Shown here: in pieces, positions 17,575 through 28,388 of the stretch | Numbering within the stretch: position 1 is the first letter of the stretch | Layout of the letters: every line of letters begins with the position of its first letter | Virus record (IMG/VR): IMGVR_UViG_3300033997_000478 | Location: 1 to 64,000 of that record | Strand: one strand, 5' to 3' | DNA: 64,000 nucleotides | Notes under the pieces: model-generated | What the model saw: only the letters and a program-made list of their open reading frames with translations | Database searches by the model: none | What the model was told of the DNA's origin: nothing | Program-made: the position numbers and the translations under genes

Positions 17575-19686
17575 TTACTGGGCCAGCACCAGATCAGCCG
17601 TGTCATGGGCCACGACGGAGTACGTGCCGACGGTACGCATCTGTTCACCGTACATGTGGATGTCGGTCTTCCAGCTGTACCCACGCTGCTCGTCGGCGAC
17701 GGTGAAGTAGGTATCCGGCTTGATGGTCACACGGCCGTCGTACTTACCTTCGGTGCGGCTGGTGATCAGCTCGTTCGACTTGGCGATGAACTGACCCTGG
17801 GTCAGCTTGCCACTCGAACCGGTCAGATCGGCCCAGGCGCGCTGCGCAACCTTCCACAGGTCCACCGCGATGGCGACGTTGAAGAAGTTGTTCAGGATCG
17901 AGGTGTCGTCGTCGTAGACGGTCTGCAGGCCGGGCCAGAACTGGCTCAGCATGTCGTAGTCCTGCGCCCAGACCAAGCCATTGCGCCAGTCATTCAGACG
18001 GGCGTTGGCGCCCTTGTCGGTGATGTTGACGTTCTTGAACTTGCTGATCTGGTTGTTCGGCGACTCGTCGAAGGCGGCGTTCGAATTCCAGATGCCGGTG
18101 CCGGCGCCCATGTAGGCGGCGCACTTGGCAGCGAACTCGATGGTCAGCGGCAGCTGGTTGTTCTGCGGACCGCGGTACTTGGAGTTCAGCAGCTGGCCGG
18201 AGTGACCCACGACCACCGCACGGCAGACCTTGGTACCGAAGATTTCCGACTCCGGATACAGGCGAGCGGCGTTCTTCAGGTTGATGGCCATGGACGATTC
18301 CTTGGCGCCATCGTTCTGCGGCTGGCTGATGTCCTGGGTGGACAGCACCGAGATCACGTCCTTGCGCACGCCGATCGGCCGGAGGAAGGCCAGCTTGGTG
18401 TCCAGGGTGAAGCCGGAGTCGTAGTAGAACGACACCGGGTACTTGGCCCAGTTCTCCATCTTCGCTTCCAGCTGGCCGTAGTTGGTCAGCTCGTTGCGCA
18501 CCGCGCTGTCGAAGGCGGTGAAGGACTGGGTACCGTCAGCACCACCCACAGCCCACTGCGCCGAAGCGTCGGACAGCAGGATGCCACCCTGGGCCGGACC
18601 CAGCAGCTCGTAGCTGTAGTACGGGGTGCCGTACTGGTCGGTTGCGCCCAGCAGGTTCACCATGTACAGGTACTGCGAATTGGCGTCCATGGTCAGTTCC
18701 GGCAGCAGACCCGCCGGGGCTTCCTTGGCGCCGATCATGGCCAGCACTTCCTTGATGTTGTCCTCGTAGATGTGGACATCACCGAAGGCGCCGTACACCG
18801 GGCTCATGCCCGAGGACGGGTCGGCCGCCTCGTAGGCGTCCTTGAAGGTGCGGGCCAGGTAGATCTCGGAATCGTTGCTGGTGTCGATCGCATCGGGCTT
18901 CAGCGAGAAGTCCAGCGTCGGGCTGCCCAGCAGGGTGTTGATGACGTTGGTCGTCGAATCCGGGTCGTTGCGCTTGACCAGCTGCAGGCGGTAGATGTAC
19001 GACTTGGTCTGGGAGACCAGGTTGTCGTTGATCGGGTTGCCCGACTGGGTGGTCGGCACGCTGAAGCGGGTGCCCTTGTTGTTGCCGGCATTGCCGAACC
19101 AACGGGCCGGCAGTTCGATCAGCGGGATCACCTGCGACTGCACGTCGGTGCTGGAGGTCAGACCACCAGCCTTCTTGCTGACCAGGCCGAACTCCTCGAC
19201 GGTGTTGCCCAGGGTCCAGTCGTTCAGGACCAGACGGGCACGGTGGCCGGGGATCTTGGCGCCGGAGCCGGTCACCGGGATCTTGGCACCGCTTTCGTCG
19301 CGCTTGAAGGTCTTGTCGTCGTTACGCTCGTACTGCTGCACGTCGTCAGCAACGATGTCCAGCGACAGCAGCAAGCGGGCTTCCTTACCGTCGGCCGGAC
19401 GAATGCGCTGCGCCATGATGGCGTTGCCTGCGCCCATGATCTGGGAGGCCAGCTCCGAGGCATGGTTGTAATACGGGGAACGGGTGTCCAGCGTCTTGGC
19501 GCCGTACAGGGTGGAGAAGGCGGCACCGGAAGCCAGGTGCGGCAGGGTGGGGCCGTCTTCGGCGTACAGGTACACGTGCGCCAGGTGGGTCGGCAGCGCC
19601 AGCGGTTCACGCACAGGAGCATTTCCGGAGTCGTCCAGAATACCCTGCATGTGAATGGCCGGAGCAGCGCTGAGGATGTTGCTCAT
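17575..19686 (-). CDS. Contractile tail sheath protein (phiKZ gp29-like)
   Basis: About 703 aa from ATG 19686 with an AGGAG RBS; N-terminal IHMQGILDDSG...PTHLAHVYLYA; YDSGFTLDTK motif; transcribed divergently from the gp28-gp25-like block. Confidence 0.85.
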   Translation of the reverse strand: MSNILSAAPAIHMQGILDDSGNAPVREPLALPTHLAHVYLYAEDGPTLPHLASGAAFSTLYGAKTLDTRSPYYNHASELASQIMGAGNAIMAQRIRPADGKEARLLLSLDIVADDVQQYERNDDKTFKRDESGAKIPVTGSGAKIPGHRARLVLNDWTLGNTVEEFGLVSKKAGGLTSSTDVQSQVIPLIELPARWFGNAGNNKGTRFSVPTTQSGNPINDNLVSQTKSYIYRLQLVKRNDPDSTTNVINTLLGSPTLDFSLKPDAIDTSNDSEIYLARTFKDAYEAADPSSGMSPVYGAFGDVHIYEDNIKEVLAMIGAKEAPAGLLPELTMDANSQYLYMVNLLGATDQYGTPYYSYELLGPAQGGILLSDASAQWAVGGADGTQSFTAFDSAVRNELTNYGQLEAKMENWAKYPVSFYYDSGFTLDTKLAFLRPIGVRKDVISVLSTQDISQPQNDGAKESSMAINLKNAARLYPESEIFGTKVCRAVVVGHSGQLLNSKYRGPQNNQLPLTIEFAAKCAAYMGAGTGIWNSNAAFDESPNNQISKFKNVNITDKGANARLNDWRNGLVWAQDYDMLSQFWPGLQTVYDDDTSILNNFFNVAIAVDLWKVAQRAWADLTGSSGKLTQGQFIAKSNELITSRTEGKYDGRVTIKPDTYFTVADEQRGYSWKTDIHMYGEQMRTVGTYSVVAHDTADLVLAQ

Positions 19687-19899
19687 GGTTGGAAGCTCCT
19701 GAAAACTGGGACCAGTTTTTGCTTGCGGCAACGAAATCTCGGGACGCGACTCCGAAATTAAACGTGGTTGACACAGGCAGTGCTGACTAATGCTATAGCA
19801 ATGGAGTGATGTCGCGCATCATAGTAATAAATAACTCACACATCATCTATCTCCGATGCGCAACCTTTTGACCCAAACAACCTCCGCTGGAGTGGCAAG

Positions 19900-20835
19900 A
19901 TGATTGATTCTGCATACCAAACCACGGCAGCCTCGGCAGCTGCTGCGGCCACCAAGCCGATCCAGATGGCGCTCAAGCAAGCGTTCATCCATGGCGATCT
20001 GGCACCGGCCAAATCGCTCAAGGGTGAGATCATTGAGGGGGTCTACATCGTACCTCCATACCTTAAGGGGGTGGCCCCCTTCACTATGCCGTTGGAATTT
20101 GAAACGGCCCAAGGTGAAGCAATCGCCGTCGATGCCCGTGGCTTCATGCGCGGCAACGATGCTGACTCGCTGAAGGTGGTCCAACCCGGTGAATACGAAG
20201 GCGCCGTCCTGCAAGCGGCCCTGACCCGCATCTGGCGTCGCAACGGTGCCACCGAAATGCGCCGCTGGAATGATCTGGCCGCCAAGGTCTACATCCGTCT
20301 GGTCTCTGAAACGTTGGTGCGCGTGCTGCACCTGAGCGCCTACGACCAGCAGCCGCTGGCGGTGCTGACCGGCTACTTCTACTACACCCTGTTCATCGGT
20401 AACCGGGAGATCCTGCGAACCGATGCGATCACTCACGAAGAGCGTGAGAAGATCATCGTGGCCGTCTCGCGCATCACCCGAGTCAATCCGAGCAAGGTCG
20501 AAGAGATCATTCGCGAAGATCTGACCCGACCGTACACCCTGCAAGACTTCGCCGAGATGCTCAAGCGCGAGATCCCGACCCCGCGTCTGGAAAAGCTCTC
20601 CGATGCGCTGATCATGCAGATGCTCGGTGGCATCTGGTACGGTGGCAACGCCCGCCAGCTGGTGGCCGTGGCCCTGGAGTTCCCGCCGGCGTGGCTGACC
20701 ATGATCTTCCAGGCGGTCAATGATCGCGGCTTCCGCGGTGCAGGTCTGACCAAGATGGTCGAAGACAACAACAAGCAAGATGCCGGCGCACGCTTCACGC
20801 GCGACGTGCTCAATGCGCTGGAGGACTTTGGATGA
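19900..20835 (+). CDS. Virion structural protein (gp28-like by synteny)
   Basis: 311 aa, divergent from the sheath gene. Confidence 0.6.
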   Translation: MIDSAYQTTAASAAAAATKPIQMALKQAFIHGDLAPAKSLKGEIIEGVYIVPPYLKGVAPFTMPLEFETAQGEAIAVDARGFMRGNDADSLKVVQPGEYEGAVLQAALTRIWRRNGATEMRRWNDLAAKVYIRLVSETLVRVLHLSAYDQQPLAVLTGYFYYTLFIGNREILRTDAITHEEREKIIVAVSRITRVNPSKVEEIIREDLTRPYTLQDFAEMLKREIPTPRLEKLSDALIMQMLGGIWYGGNARQLVAVALEFPPAWLTMIFQAVNDRGFRGAGLTKMVEDNNKQDAGARFTRDVLNALEDFG

Positions 20836-23435
20836 GCAACACTGACGATTACCTCGTCCGCCATGCGTTGAAGAACGTATGGTGCAGTCCTCGCCAGGAC
20901 TTGCAGGTGATCTACACGCCTCGTCGCATTTCGAACCCGCGTGGTGAGCGGGTCTCGATCAACCACCTTTGGGGGTCGGTGATGCTGCCCACCAACACCG
21001 ATGTCTATCATGTCTATCAGATCGGTCAGTACGCACCGCATCTGGTTGGTCTGAAGGCTGAGCGTGGGGTGTGGCACCATGTTCCGACCATGATGCACGA
21101 TGAAGAACTCATCGTGGACATCTATACCAGCAATGGTGTCAACGTGGCGCGGCTGTACACCTGGATCATGATCACTCCGGACAAGGACATCCTGGTCGCT
21201 GTGCGCGATCAGCCGCAGGTGGTCAATCTTCGTACCACGCCGATCCATGTGCGGTTGTACTCCAACTCGTTCTTCTCCTCGGTTCGCAGTGACGACTTCC
21301 AGCACCAGATCTACAGCTGGGGCCGGCGTTGCCTGACCCCGGCACATCAACTGGAAGTGCAGCGCGCCTACCACGAGTACATGCTCAAGCGTGGTCACAC
21401 CTGGCTCTACGTCAACGGCATCTACCGCGACGACTACACCCCCTCGATGTTCGTCTCCGGCGACATCGTCGAGTTCGTCTACGACAGCACGGTCAAGGCA
21501 GTCAAGGAATGGAAGGTCAAGGACCTGGACTACTTTGACAGCGATCGCGACAACAAGCGCAAGTACTTCCTGCATTATGCTGGCGACCAAGTCGGCGGGC
21601 AGATCATCGACTATCAAGATGACATTGATGTCTTCCTGATCAAGCGTCGTGCGTCCAACAACGATCGCTTCGACGGTCTGTACTACCACAAGAACAATGT
21701 CGATGGCGATGCGATGCGCATGGTCACCCACCGTGACTATTCGATTGTGGTCGACTACGTGGTCAGTCTGCAGCAGTCGCGTGTGGCGCAGTGGCCGACG
21801 GTGGAAGATCTGTCGGTGCAGCTGTTCATCCGCGAAGGCGGCTACTCCCGTCCGTTGGTGTTTGAACATCACCGCATCCAAGAGCTGTACAAGCTCAAGG
21901 AACCGGATCTGTATCAGGCCATGGTCGGTGTAGACTCCTCGGTCCACTGGTGGCGGGCCAACGAGCTGGAGAATTCCCTCTACGTCAAGATCATGGGCAT
22001 GAACCCGCACGTGATCACCAACGACGTGGTGCGCGACGCCTACGGCTACAACGCCATCGCCAAGCTGATTGGCGACACGCCCAAGTACGTGGTGGACATC
22101 AACGGTCGCAAGGTCGTGCCGATGCCCTACGGCTTGCAGGTGGATTCGACGGTCTACGAGCTGGATGCCAACGGGCTGCTGATTGCCCCGTACGTTCATC
22201 GGGCCGGCGTGGAGTACACCCCGTTCAACGCTAGCTGTCGTTCGATCGAAGCCATCGGTGGTATCGGTGGGGGTCGACTGGATCTGAGTCTGGCCATGGA
22301 CGATGTGGCCTTGCAACCCAACGCCAGCTATCGCTTCTACGTGGCCCCGATCCTGCATGATGTCATCCAGTGGAATGACTGGGAAGATGTCACCGGCGAT
22401 GAGACCAAGTACACCATCATCGACGGCAAGATCAAGTGGCTGGTGGACCCGCGCTTCTTCTACACCGCGGTCAAGTCCGACACCATGTTCCTGAGCTATG
22501 AACTGGATCTGGCCCCGGACAACGGGTTGCTGCGATTCTCGGTCAATGGCCAGTACACCGAAAAGGGCGTGGTCAAGTCGGGCATCATGTACATCCCGCC
22601 GGGTCGTCTGGACATCTGGCTCAACAGCCATGCCCTGATCGAAGGTCTGGACTACTACGTGCAGTGGCCGCAGGTGGTGATCTGCAACAAGGAGTTCCTG
22701 GTCGACGGCAAGGCGCAGAAGCTGCGCATCCGTGGTACGGGCTTCTGCAATCCGGACATGTCCTTGGTCCAACCCAAGGAAGTGGGCTTTGTCAAGTACG
22801 GCAAGCTTTCCCACAACAGCCGCTTTGACCTGCGCGATGACCGCGTCATCCGTCTGGTAGTGCGCGGTGGTACCTACAACCGCGACAAGCTGTTGTTCAA
22901 CGAGGACACTCCGGACCTGTGGATGGACAACGTCCCCAACGGTTCACCGTACACCATGGAAGACCTGGTCGTACCGCTGCGCGGGATCGTCAATGGCGAT
23001 ACCTACGATCTGATGGAGAGGTCGCGTGAGGTGGATGCGGCCGTGTCGGCATACCTGACGCAGTACCTGCCTGAGCCGGTGCCGGAAAACCCGGACCCGA
23101 TTCCGGAGCGGTACACGATCTACAGTCCCTTCGCCTCCACGGTCATGTACGATTTGCTCAATGGTCGTCTGAGCTATCAGCAGTTCATGGGGCAGTACTC
23201 GGATCAGAAGCTGCGCGAGTTCTTGGCAAGTTACGAATGGCTGCTGGATTACGATCCGTGCATCCGTGACAATGTCGATCTGCGCTACGTCTGTGTGCAC
23301 CCGCACGACCGGACGGTGACGTTCGATCTGAACATCTACCAGTACAACATGCTCCGGCGTGCGATCAGGATCTTCCTGAACGATAAGGTGGACATCTCGC
23401 ACTTCGTCCGTATCAAGGACTCCTACGTCGATTAA
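20832..23435 (+). CDS. Virion structural protein (gp27-like; probable baseplate component)
   Basis: 867 aa; DDYLVRHALKNVWCSPRQD N-terminus; ATGA coupling; synteny. Confidence 0.65.
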   Translation: MSNTDDYLVRHALKNVWCSPRQDLQVIYTPRRISNPRGERVSINHLWGSVMLPTNTDVYHVYQIGQYAPHLVGLKAERGVWHHVPTMMHDEELIVDIYTSNGVNVARLYTWIMITPDKDILVAVRDQPQVVNLRTTPIHVRLYSNSFFSSVRSDDFQHQIYSWGRRCLTPAHQLEVQRAYHEYMLKRGHTWLYVNGIYRDDYTPSMFVSGDIVEFVYDSTVKAVKEWKVKDLDYFDSDRDNKRKYFLHYAGDQVGGQIIDYQDDIDVFLIKRRASNNDRFDGLYYHKNNVDGDAMRMVTHRDYSIVVDYVVSLQQSRVAQWPTVEDLSVQLFIREGGYSRPLVFEHHRIQELYKLKEPDLYQAMVGVDSSVHWWRANELENSLYVKIMGMNPHVITNDVVRDAYGYNAIAKLIGDTPKYVVDINGRKVVPMPYGLQVDSTVYELDANGLLIAPYVHRAGVEYTPFNASCRSIEAIGGIGGGRLDLSLAMDDVALQPNASYRFYVAPILHDVIQWNDWEDVTGDETKYTIIDGKIKWLVDPRFFYTAVKSDTMFLSYELDLAPDNGLLRFSVNGQYTEKGVVKSGIMYIPPGRLDIWLNSHALIEGLDYYVQWPQVVICNKEFLVDGKAQKLRIRGTGFCNPDMSLVQPKEVGFVKYGKLSHNSRFDLRDDRVIRLVVRGGTYNRDKLLFNEDTPDLWMDNVPNGSPYTMEDLVVPLRGIVNGDTYDLMERSREVDAAVSAYLTQYLPEPVPENPDPIPERYTIYSPFASTVMYDLLNGRLSYQQFMGQYSDQKLREFLASYEWLLDYDPCIRDNVDLRYVCVHPHDRTVTFDLNIYQYNMLRRAIRIFLNDKVDISHFVRIKDSYVD

Positions 23436-23533
23436 CGGGTTACATGCGGCACTGCCGTGAACAGCACGCTCGGCTACTACAAGTCCATGGCAGTGCCGCC
23501 TCTCCCGTTGCCTTTTCAACATCAGGAAATCTC

Positions 23534-25210
23534 ATGTCCAATACCATCCCCGGTAACGGTGTGACGTTCATCGTCGACCCGAACCGTCGTTTCACCAGCT
23601 GGCACATCAGCGAAATCTACAAGCCCGGTGGCGATCCGGAAGTGGCCAAGTACGTTCCCAACAAGAACGACGAAGTCCGCGACTGGGACAGCGGTACCTA
23701 CCGGGTCACCGATGTGGATTACACCACCGGCATCTCGATCCTGACCAAGTGGAAGGAGCCGACCACGCCGGGCGAGGTGGAGAACGTCGACGTCCTGCTT
23801 GCTGCAGGTCCCGGTCATGTCTCCGAGTCCTACCGCTGCTACATCGATGACAGCGTGATCCCGCACACCCTGTGCGTGGATGCGCGTGCGCACGTCTACG
23901 GCACCACCGTCACCAGCTTCAAGATCTTCCTGGGTTCGGACATCGGTCAGAACGGGGAGATCATCTCCAGCCTCTACGACAACGCCGGCAATCTGCTGGG
24001 CGAGAACATCCCGTTCGAAGTGGTGGCCATGGATGACATCAACAACATCGCCATCAAGGCTCCGATGGTGGGCCACACCAACCGCAAGCTCAAGGACGGC
24101 GAGCAGCTTACGCTGGTGGCCTACGATGCTTCCGGTCAGCCGCGCTCGCAGGTGCTGTTGGTGGTCAAGAACACCCGCTTCATCCGTCGCCATGATGCGT
24201 CGCTGAAGTACGTGCTGGGCATCAGCCTGGAGACCCCGTTCCTGAATCCTTCCGATCCGACGGTGGTGGAATACCCGATCAACATGCCGGTGGCGGGCCT
24301 GAACCTGATGGGTCGTGTGACCTATTCGGACGGCACCTCGCTGAGCATGCCGGTGGACGGTACCAAGTTCTCCATCGCAGGCCTGACCAACTACGTGGCC
24401 ACCATCCAGGGCCAGCCGGCGCCGCTGATGCTGTTCTACCAGCTCAGTGATGGCGAGGTCGCTTACCTCGATACCCCGGCACCGAATCGCAAGATTCCCA
24501 AGCCGTACACCGCCCGCACCAAGGAGCGCGATGGCGCTTACTCGGTCAAACTGTACGTGGTTCCGACCTGGGTGGACGTGCTCACCGGCTACCGCCTGAA
24601 CTACTTCCTGTACGATCTTGACCGCAAAACGGTCTATGATGTGACGTCCCACGTCGAGTTCGGCGTTAACAGCCCGGCTTTCCGCCCCACCGAATACGGT
24701 GTGGTGCAAAACCTGGTAGTGCGTCTGAACATGCAGAAGGTCAATCCGCAGTTCGAACAATGGGCTCACACCCAGACCTTCGCGCTGACTCTGCTGCGTC
24801 GTGGTGACCAGGACGTTGGCACCAACTGGACCATCGCGTACGATCCGGGCCAGAACCCGCCGTACGGCGAAGCGCTCAAGGCTGCCTACAAGTTCATCAA
24901 CGTCGGCAATTACCAGCTCAACGTTTCCTCCGGTGCCCTCACCCAGGAAGAATGGCTGGATCGCCTGTACTACCGTTCCAAGCCGCTGTTCGATGCACGC
25001 AGCGAATCGGCGCCGCTGGTTCCGACCCACTTCACCGTGGTCACCGGTACCCAGAGCATCGACCTGCCGATCTCGGCCTGGAACCAAACCATCACCGCCA
25101 CGGCCATCCCGGCCGAAGGTCGTCCGGTCTACATCCGCTTCATCCGGCGGATGGCAGACAACGACCTGCAACTGGCGTTGGCAGGTTTGATTACCCACCA
25201 AACCCCATAA
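23534..25210 (+). CDS. Virion structural protein (gp26-like)
   Basis: AGGAA RBS before ATG 23534; directly upstream of the terminase gene. Confidence 0.65.
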   Translation: MSNTIPGNGVTFIVDPNRRFTSWHISEIYKPGGDPEVAKYVPNKNDEVRDWDSGTYRVTDVDYTTGISILTKWKEPTTPGEVENVDVLLAAGPGHVSESYRCYIDDSVIPHTLCVDARAHVYGTTVTSFKIFLGSDIGQNGEIISSLYDNAGNLLGENIPFEVVAMDDINNIAIKAPMVGHTNRKLKDGEQLTLVAYDASGQPRSQVLLVVKNTRFIRRHDASLKYVLGISLETPFLNPSDPTVVEYPINMPVAGLNLMGRVTYSDGTSLSMPVDGTKFSIAGLTNYVATIQGQPAPLMLFYQLSDGEVAYLDTPAPNRKIPKPYTARTKERDGAYSVKLYVVPTWVDVLTGYRLNYFLYDLDRKTVYDVTSHVEFGVNSPAFRPTEYGVVQNLVVRLNMQKVNPQFEQWAHTQTFALTLLRRGDQDVGTNWTIAYDPGQNPPYGEALKAAYKFINVGNYQLNVSSGALTQEEWLDRLYYRSKPLFDARSESAPLVPTHFTVVTGTQSIDLPISAWNQTITATAIPAEGRPVYIRFIRRMADNDLQLALAGLITHQTP

Positions 25211-25274
25211 GCCAAAACCAGCCAGAGGGGGAGCGAAGGCTCCCTCTCTGGTCGGCGATGGCAAAGGATTCTTT

Positions 25275-27572
25275 ATGATTCTGTTTCACAGTGATTGGGA
25301 TTACTATCCCGACGCCATCGCTGATTTTCAAACCACCAACCAGAGCTTCGTGCGTCTGGCTCAGCTGTACGCTGATATGGGCGTTGAGAACAACGTCTTC
25401 CATCTGGCGCTGCATAACCCGGACCTGCAGGGCGTTGACCCATTCTCCCCCAACCTGACCGTCGAGCAGATGGTCGACATCGGTTTGGAGTGCGCGGAAA
25501 ACCCGTGGTACTTCTTCCGAGAAATCATTCGCGTTCCCGCGGCTGGTGGTAGCGAGCATCCTCGCTTGATTGCTAACCGTGGCAACATTGGCATGTATTG
25601 GTGCTTCTTCAACCACGTCGACGTTGCGCTGATCCAGCCACGTCAGACCGGTAAGTCGGTGTCCACGGACTGCTTGATGGTGAACCTGGTTCACTTCGCA
25701 ACCGACCACACCTACATCACGATGATCACCAAGGACAACAGCCTGCGCACCAAGAACGTCGAGCGTCTGAAGAAGATGCGCGACCTGCTACCTAAGTACC
25801 TGTTGGAGATGCGCCCGGACGATGCGGACAACCAGATCGAGCTAACCTACAAGTCGCGCGACAACGGCTACTCCACCGCCGTGGCCCAGAACTCCGAGGC
25901 CGGTGCGAACAACGTGGGTCGTGGTTTGACCTCCCCGGTTCTGCATTCGGACGAAGGTCCGTTCACCAGCTTCATCAACATCATTCTGCCGGCAGCACTG
26001 GCAGCAGGTACGGCTGCTCGTAACAACGCCAAGAAGGACGGCCAGCCCTACGGTAACATCTTCACTACCACGGCCGGTAAGAAGGACAACCGCGAAGGTA
26101 AGTTCATGTACGAACTGATCTTCGGTGGCATGACTTGGGATGAGCGCATGGTGTTTGATGCGGCCAACCAAGAAGAGCTGCACCGTCGTATCAAGAAGAA
26201 CTGTACCGGTGTGGTGGGTCCGGGTGGTAAGAAGGTCGACGATGACATGAAGCGTGCGCTGGTGAACATCACCTTGTCGCATCGTCAGCTCGGTTACACT
26301 GACCGCTGGCTCAAGGAGGCTATGGCCAACGCCGGTGGTACGCCGGAGTCGCTGGCTCGAGACTTCCTGAACTTCTGGTCGTCCGGTTCGCTGTCCTCGC
26401 CGCTGAGTCAGAAGCTCAACGAACGCATCCGCGATTCGATGCGCAAGGCCGATTACCTGGAATGGTCCAAGGACAACTACTGTCTGAACTGGTACATCCC
26501 GGAAAACCAGATTGCCAAGCGCATGGCCGAAGGTCGCTTCATCGCCGGTTTGGATACCTCCGAAGCGGTCGGCCGCGATACCATCGCGCTGGTGATCATC
26601 GACGTGGAAGATCTGTCGGTAGTGGCTACCGGTACTTACAACGAAACCAACCTGATCAAGTTCTGTAACTATCTGGGTAATATCCTGATCCGTTACCCGA
26701 ACATCACCTTGGTGCCGGAACGCAAGTCCACCGGTGGCATGATCATCGACTACCTGATCCTGCAGTTGACTCGCGCCGGTCAAGATCCGTTCAAGCGCAT
26801 CTTCAACCGCATCGTGGACAACGCCTCCACCGATCCGGAATCGTTCAAGGAAATCCAGACCAGCCTGCTCTCGCGTCTGGAAAACTTCTACGATACCCGC
26901 AAGGCCACCTTCGGCTTCAACACCAATGCCGAAAACCGCAGCCTGCTGTACACCACGGTGTTGCAGAACGGTGCCAAGAACGGCGGCGACAAGGTGCACA
27001 GCGAAAAGCTGGTCACCGAGCTGCTGGGTCTGGTGGTCAAGAACGATCGCATTGATCACAGTGCCTCCGGGCACGATGACCATGTCATTGCTTGGCTGTT
27101 GGGTCACTGGTTCGTGGCTCACGCCCGTAACCTGGCTTACTACGGCATCCCCAATGGTCTAGCCATGTCGGCGGTGGCCAAGTTCTCCTTGGAAGAGGAG
27201 ACGGTGGAGCAGCAGTACCAGCGCCAGCAACAACAGCGCCTGCTCAACGAAGTGGCCAGCCTGCTGGAGCAGCTCAATGACTTCCAGCAAGACCCGATGA
27301 GCGTGGCCAAGTTGGAAGGTCGACTGCGCGCCATCTCCGGTCGCTTGGTGGATGACACTGATGTCTCCTACGTGCAGACCATCGATGCGGCTATCCGTGA
27401 GTCGCAGGAAACGCGTATGCAGCGCATGCGCATGCGGGGTCGCAACGCAGGCGGTTACCGACCGCTGGAAGGGGTGGGTTGGAACTCGCCGTCTTCGATG
27501 GCTGGAACGTCGGCCTACAACCCGTACAGCTCGCTCATTGGCGGGCCGAGCCACAACATCACCTTTGCATGA
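25275..27572 (+). CDS. terL: Terminase large subunit
   Basis: Walker A PRQTGKS, Walker B LHSDEGPF, nuclease motifs GLDTSEAVGRD and HDDHVIAWL. Confidence 0.93.
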   Translation: MILFHSDWDYYPDAIADFQTTNQSFVRLAQLYADMGVENNVFHLALHNPDLQGVDPFSPNLTVEQMVDIGLECAENPWYFFREIIRVPAAGGSEHPRLIANRGNIGMYWCFFNHVDVALIQPRQTGKSVSTDCLMVNLVHFATDHTYITMITKDNSLRTKNVERLKKMRDLLPKYLLEMRPDDADNQIELTYKSRDNGYSTAVAQNSEAGANNVGRGLTSPVLHSDEGPFTSFINIILPAALAAGTAARNNAKKDGQPYGNIFTTTAGKKDNREGKFMYELIFGGMTWDERMVFDAANQEELHRRIKKNCTGVVGPGGKKVDDDMKRALVNITLSHRQLGYTDRWLKEAMANAGGTPESLARDFLNFWSSGSLSSPLSQKLNERIRDSMRKADYLEWSKDNYCLNWYIPENQIAKRMAEGRFIAGLDTSEAVGRDTIALVIIDVEDLSVVATGTYNETNLIKFCNYLGNILIRYPNITLVPERKSTGGMIIDYLILQLTRAGQDPFKRIFNRIVDNASTDPESFKEIQTSLLSRLENFYDTRKATFGFNTNAENRSLLYTTVLQNGAKNGGDKVHSEKLVTELLGLVVKNDRIDHSASGHDDHVIAWLLGHWFVAHARNLAYYGIPNGLAMSAVAKFSLEEETVEQQYQRQQQQRLLNEVASLLEQLNDFQQDPMSVAKLEGRLRAISGRLVDDTDVSYVQTIDAAIRESQETRMQRMRMRGRNAGGYRPLEGVGWNSPSSMAGTSAYNPYSSLIGGPSHNITFA

Positions 27573-27610
27573 CGGCATAAGCCCCCTCCCAAACGGGAGG
27601 GGGCGTTATG
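27573..27610. terminator. Bidirectional hairpin between convergent genes, CGGCATAA ... TTATG
   Basis: GCCCCCTCCC-AAAC-GGGAGGGGGC between stops at 27572 (+) and 27616 (-). Confidence 0.8.
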
Positions 27611-27615
27611 TTGGT

Positions 27616-27975
27616 TCAGCCGATCTTGCGGTGGTCGGCCATGGCCTGACGCTTTTGCTGGATGACCACATCCAGCAGCTTCATGACCGTCATGTCGCGG
27701 GCGCGATTGAAGTCATCGTCGGGCAACACCACGCTGACGCGAATGGGTTCGCCGGTCAGGGTTTCGGCCGTACCGTCCATGGCCCACACACGATTGACTT
27801 CTTGGGCAACCCAGGGGAAGACGAAGTCGCGACGCAGCACGATCTTTCGACCACCCACCATGACCTTACGCAGGTGGCCCTTCAGGCGCGCCGCTTCGAT
27901 CGGGGTGAACTGGATGTACTCGGAGAAACCGGTGCTCACCGAGGACGGACCCCGGAGCCATTTGGGAAGTTTCAT
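27616..27975 (-). CDS. Hypothetical protein, about 119 aa
   Basis: ATG 27975 overlaps the stop of the upstream gene by 4 nt. Confidence 0.72.
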   Translation of the reverse strand: MKLPKWLRGPSSVSTGFSEYIQFTPIEAARLKGHLRKVMVGGRKIVLRRDFVFPWVAQEVNRVWAMDGTAETLTGEPIRVSVVLPDDDFNRARDMTVMKLLDVVIQQKRQAMADHRKIG

Positions 27976-28373
27976 AGTTCTCGTTGGTTTGTCAGATGCA
28001 CGCCAGGCACCCGGTCCAAGAACGCACGCATCACGTACGCCTGCGGATAGCGGGTGTGGCGCAGCAGAGGGTTGCACAGCATCGGGAAAGTGATGCGCTC
28101 AAAGAACCGTGGATCGATGTACGGTTTCTCTGCCTCCGAGGCAAAGGCCTTGACTTCGAACAACACAAACAGTCGGTCGGGAATCCACCATCGGACAAAG
28201 CGGGTCCTGTAGGTGCGCTGGCGAATTTCCAAGCCCAGCTCGATTTCCTTTTTGTCGGTATCAGTGCGGTAGGTTACCGTGGGGTAGAGCACCTTTTCGA
28301 AGGTCTCCTCGGTCCGTCGTTCCCCCAGCAGGTTATCCCACAGCAGACCCAGTTGCAAGAGCAGCCATTGCAT
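27972..28373 (-). CDS. Hypothetical protein, 133 aa
   Basis: Co-oriented and coupled with its neighbours. Confidence 0.7.
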   Translation of the reverse strand: MQWLLLQLGLLWDNLLGERRTEETFEKVLYPTVTYRTDTDKKEIELGLEIRQRTYRTRFVRWWIPDRLFVLFEVKAFASEAEKPYIDPRFFERITFPMLCNPLLRHTRYPQAYVMRAFLDRVPGVHLTNQREL

Positions 28374-28388
28374 AGGAGTCTCCCTGAC

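Noticed and set aside
17605-19761. 718-aa plus-strand ORF opposite the tail sheath gene
   Set aside because: Codon-for-codon antisense mirror; stop depletion is expected with C/G-ending codons.
19768-19800. Sigma70-like TTGACA ... TATAGC
   Set aside because: The spacer is about 20 nt, too long; TTGACA at ~47011 likewise has no matching -10.
20433-27122. Long minus-strand ORFs (793, 580 and 426 aa)
   Set aside because: Shadows of the gp27-like, gp26-like and terminase genes.
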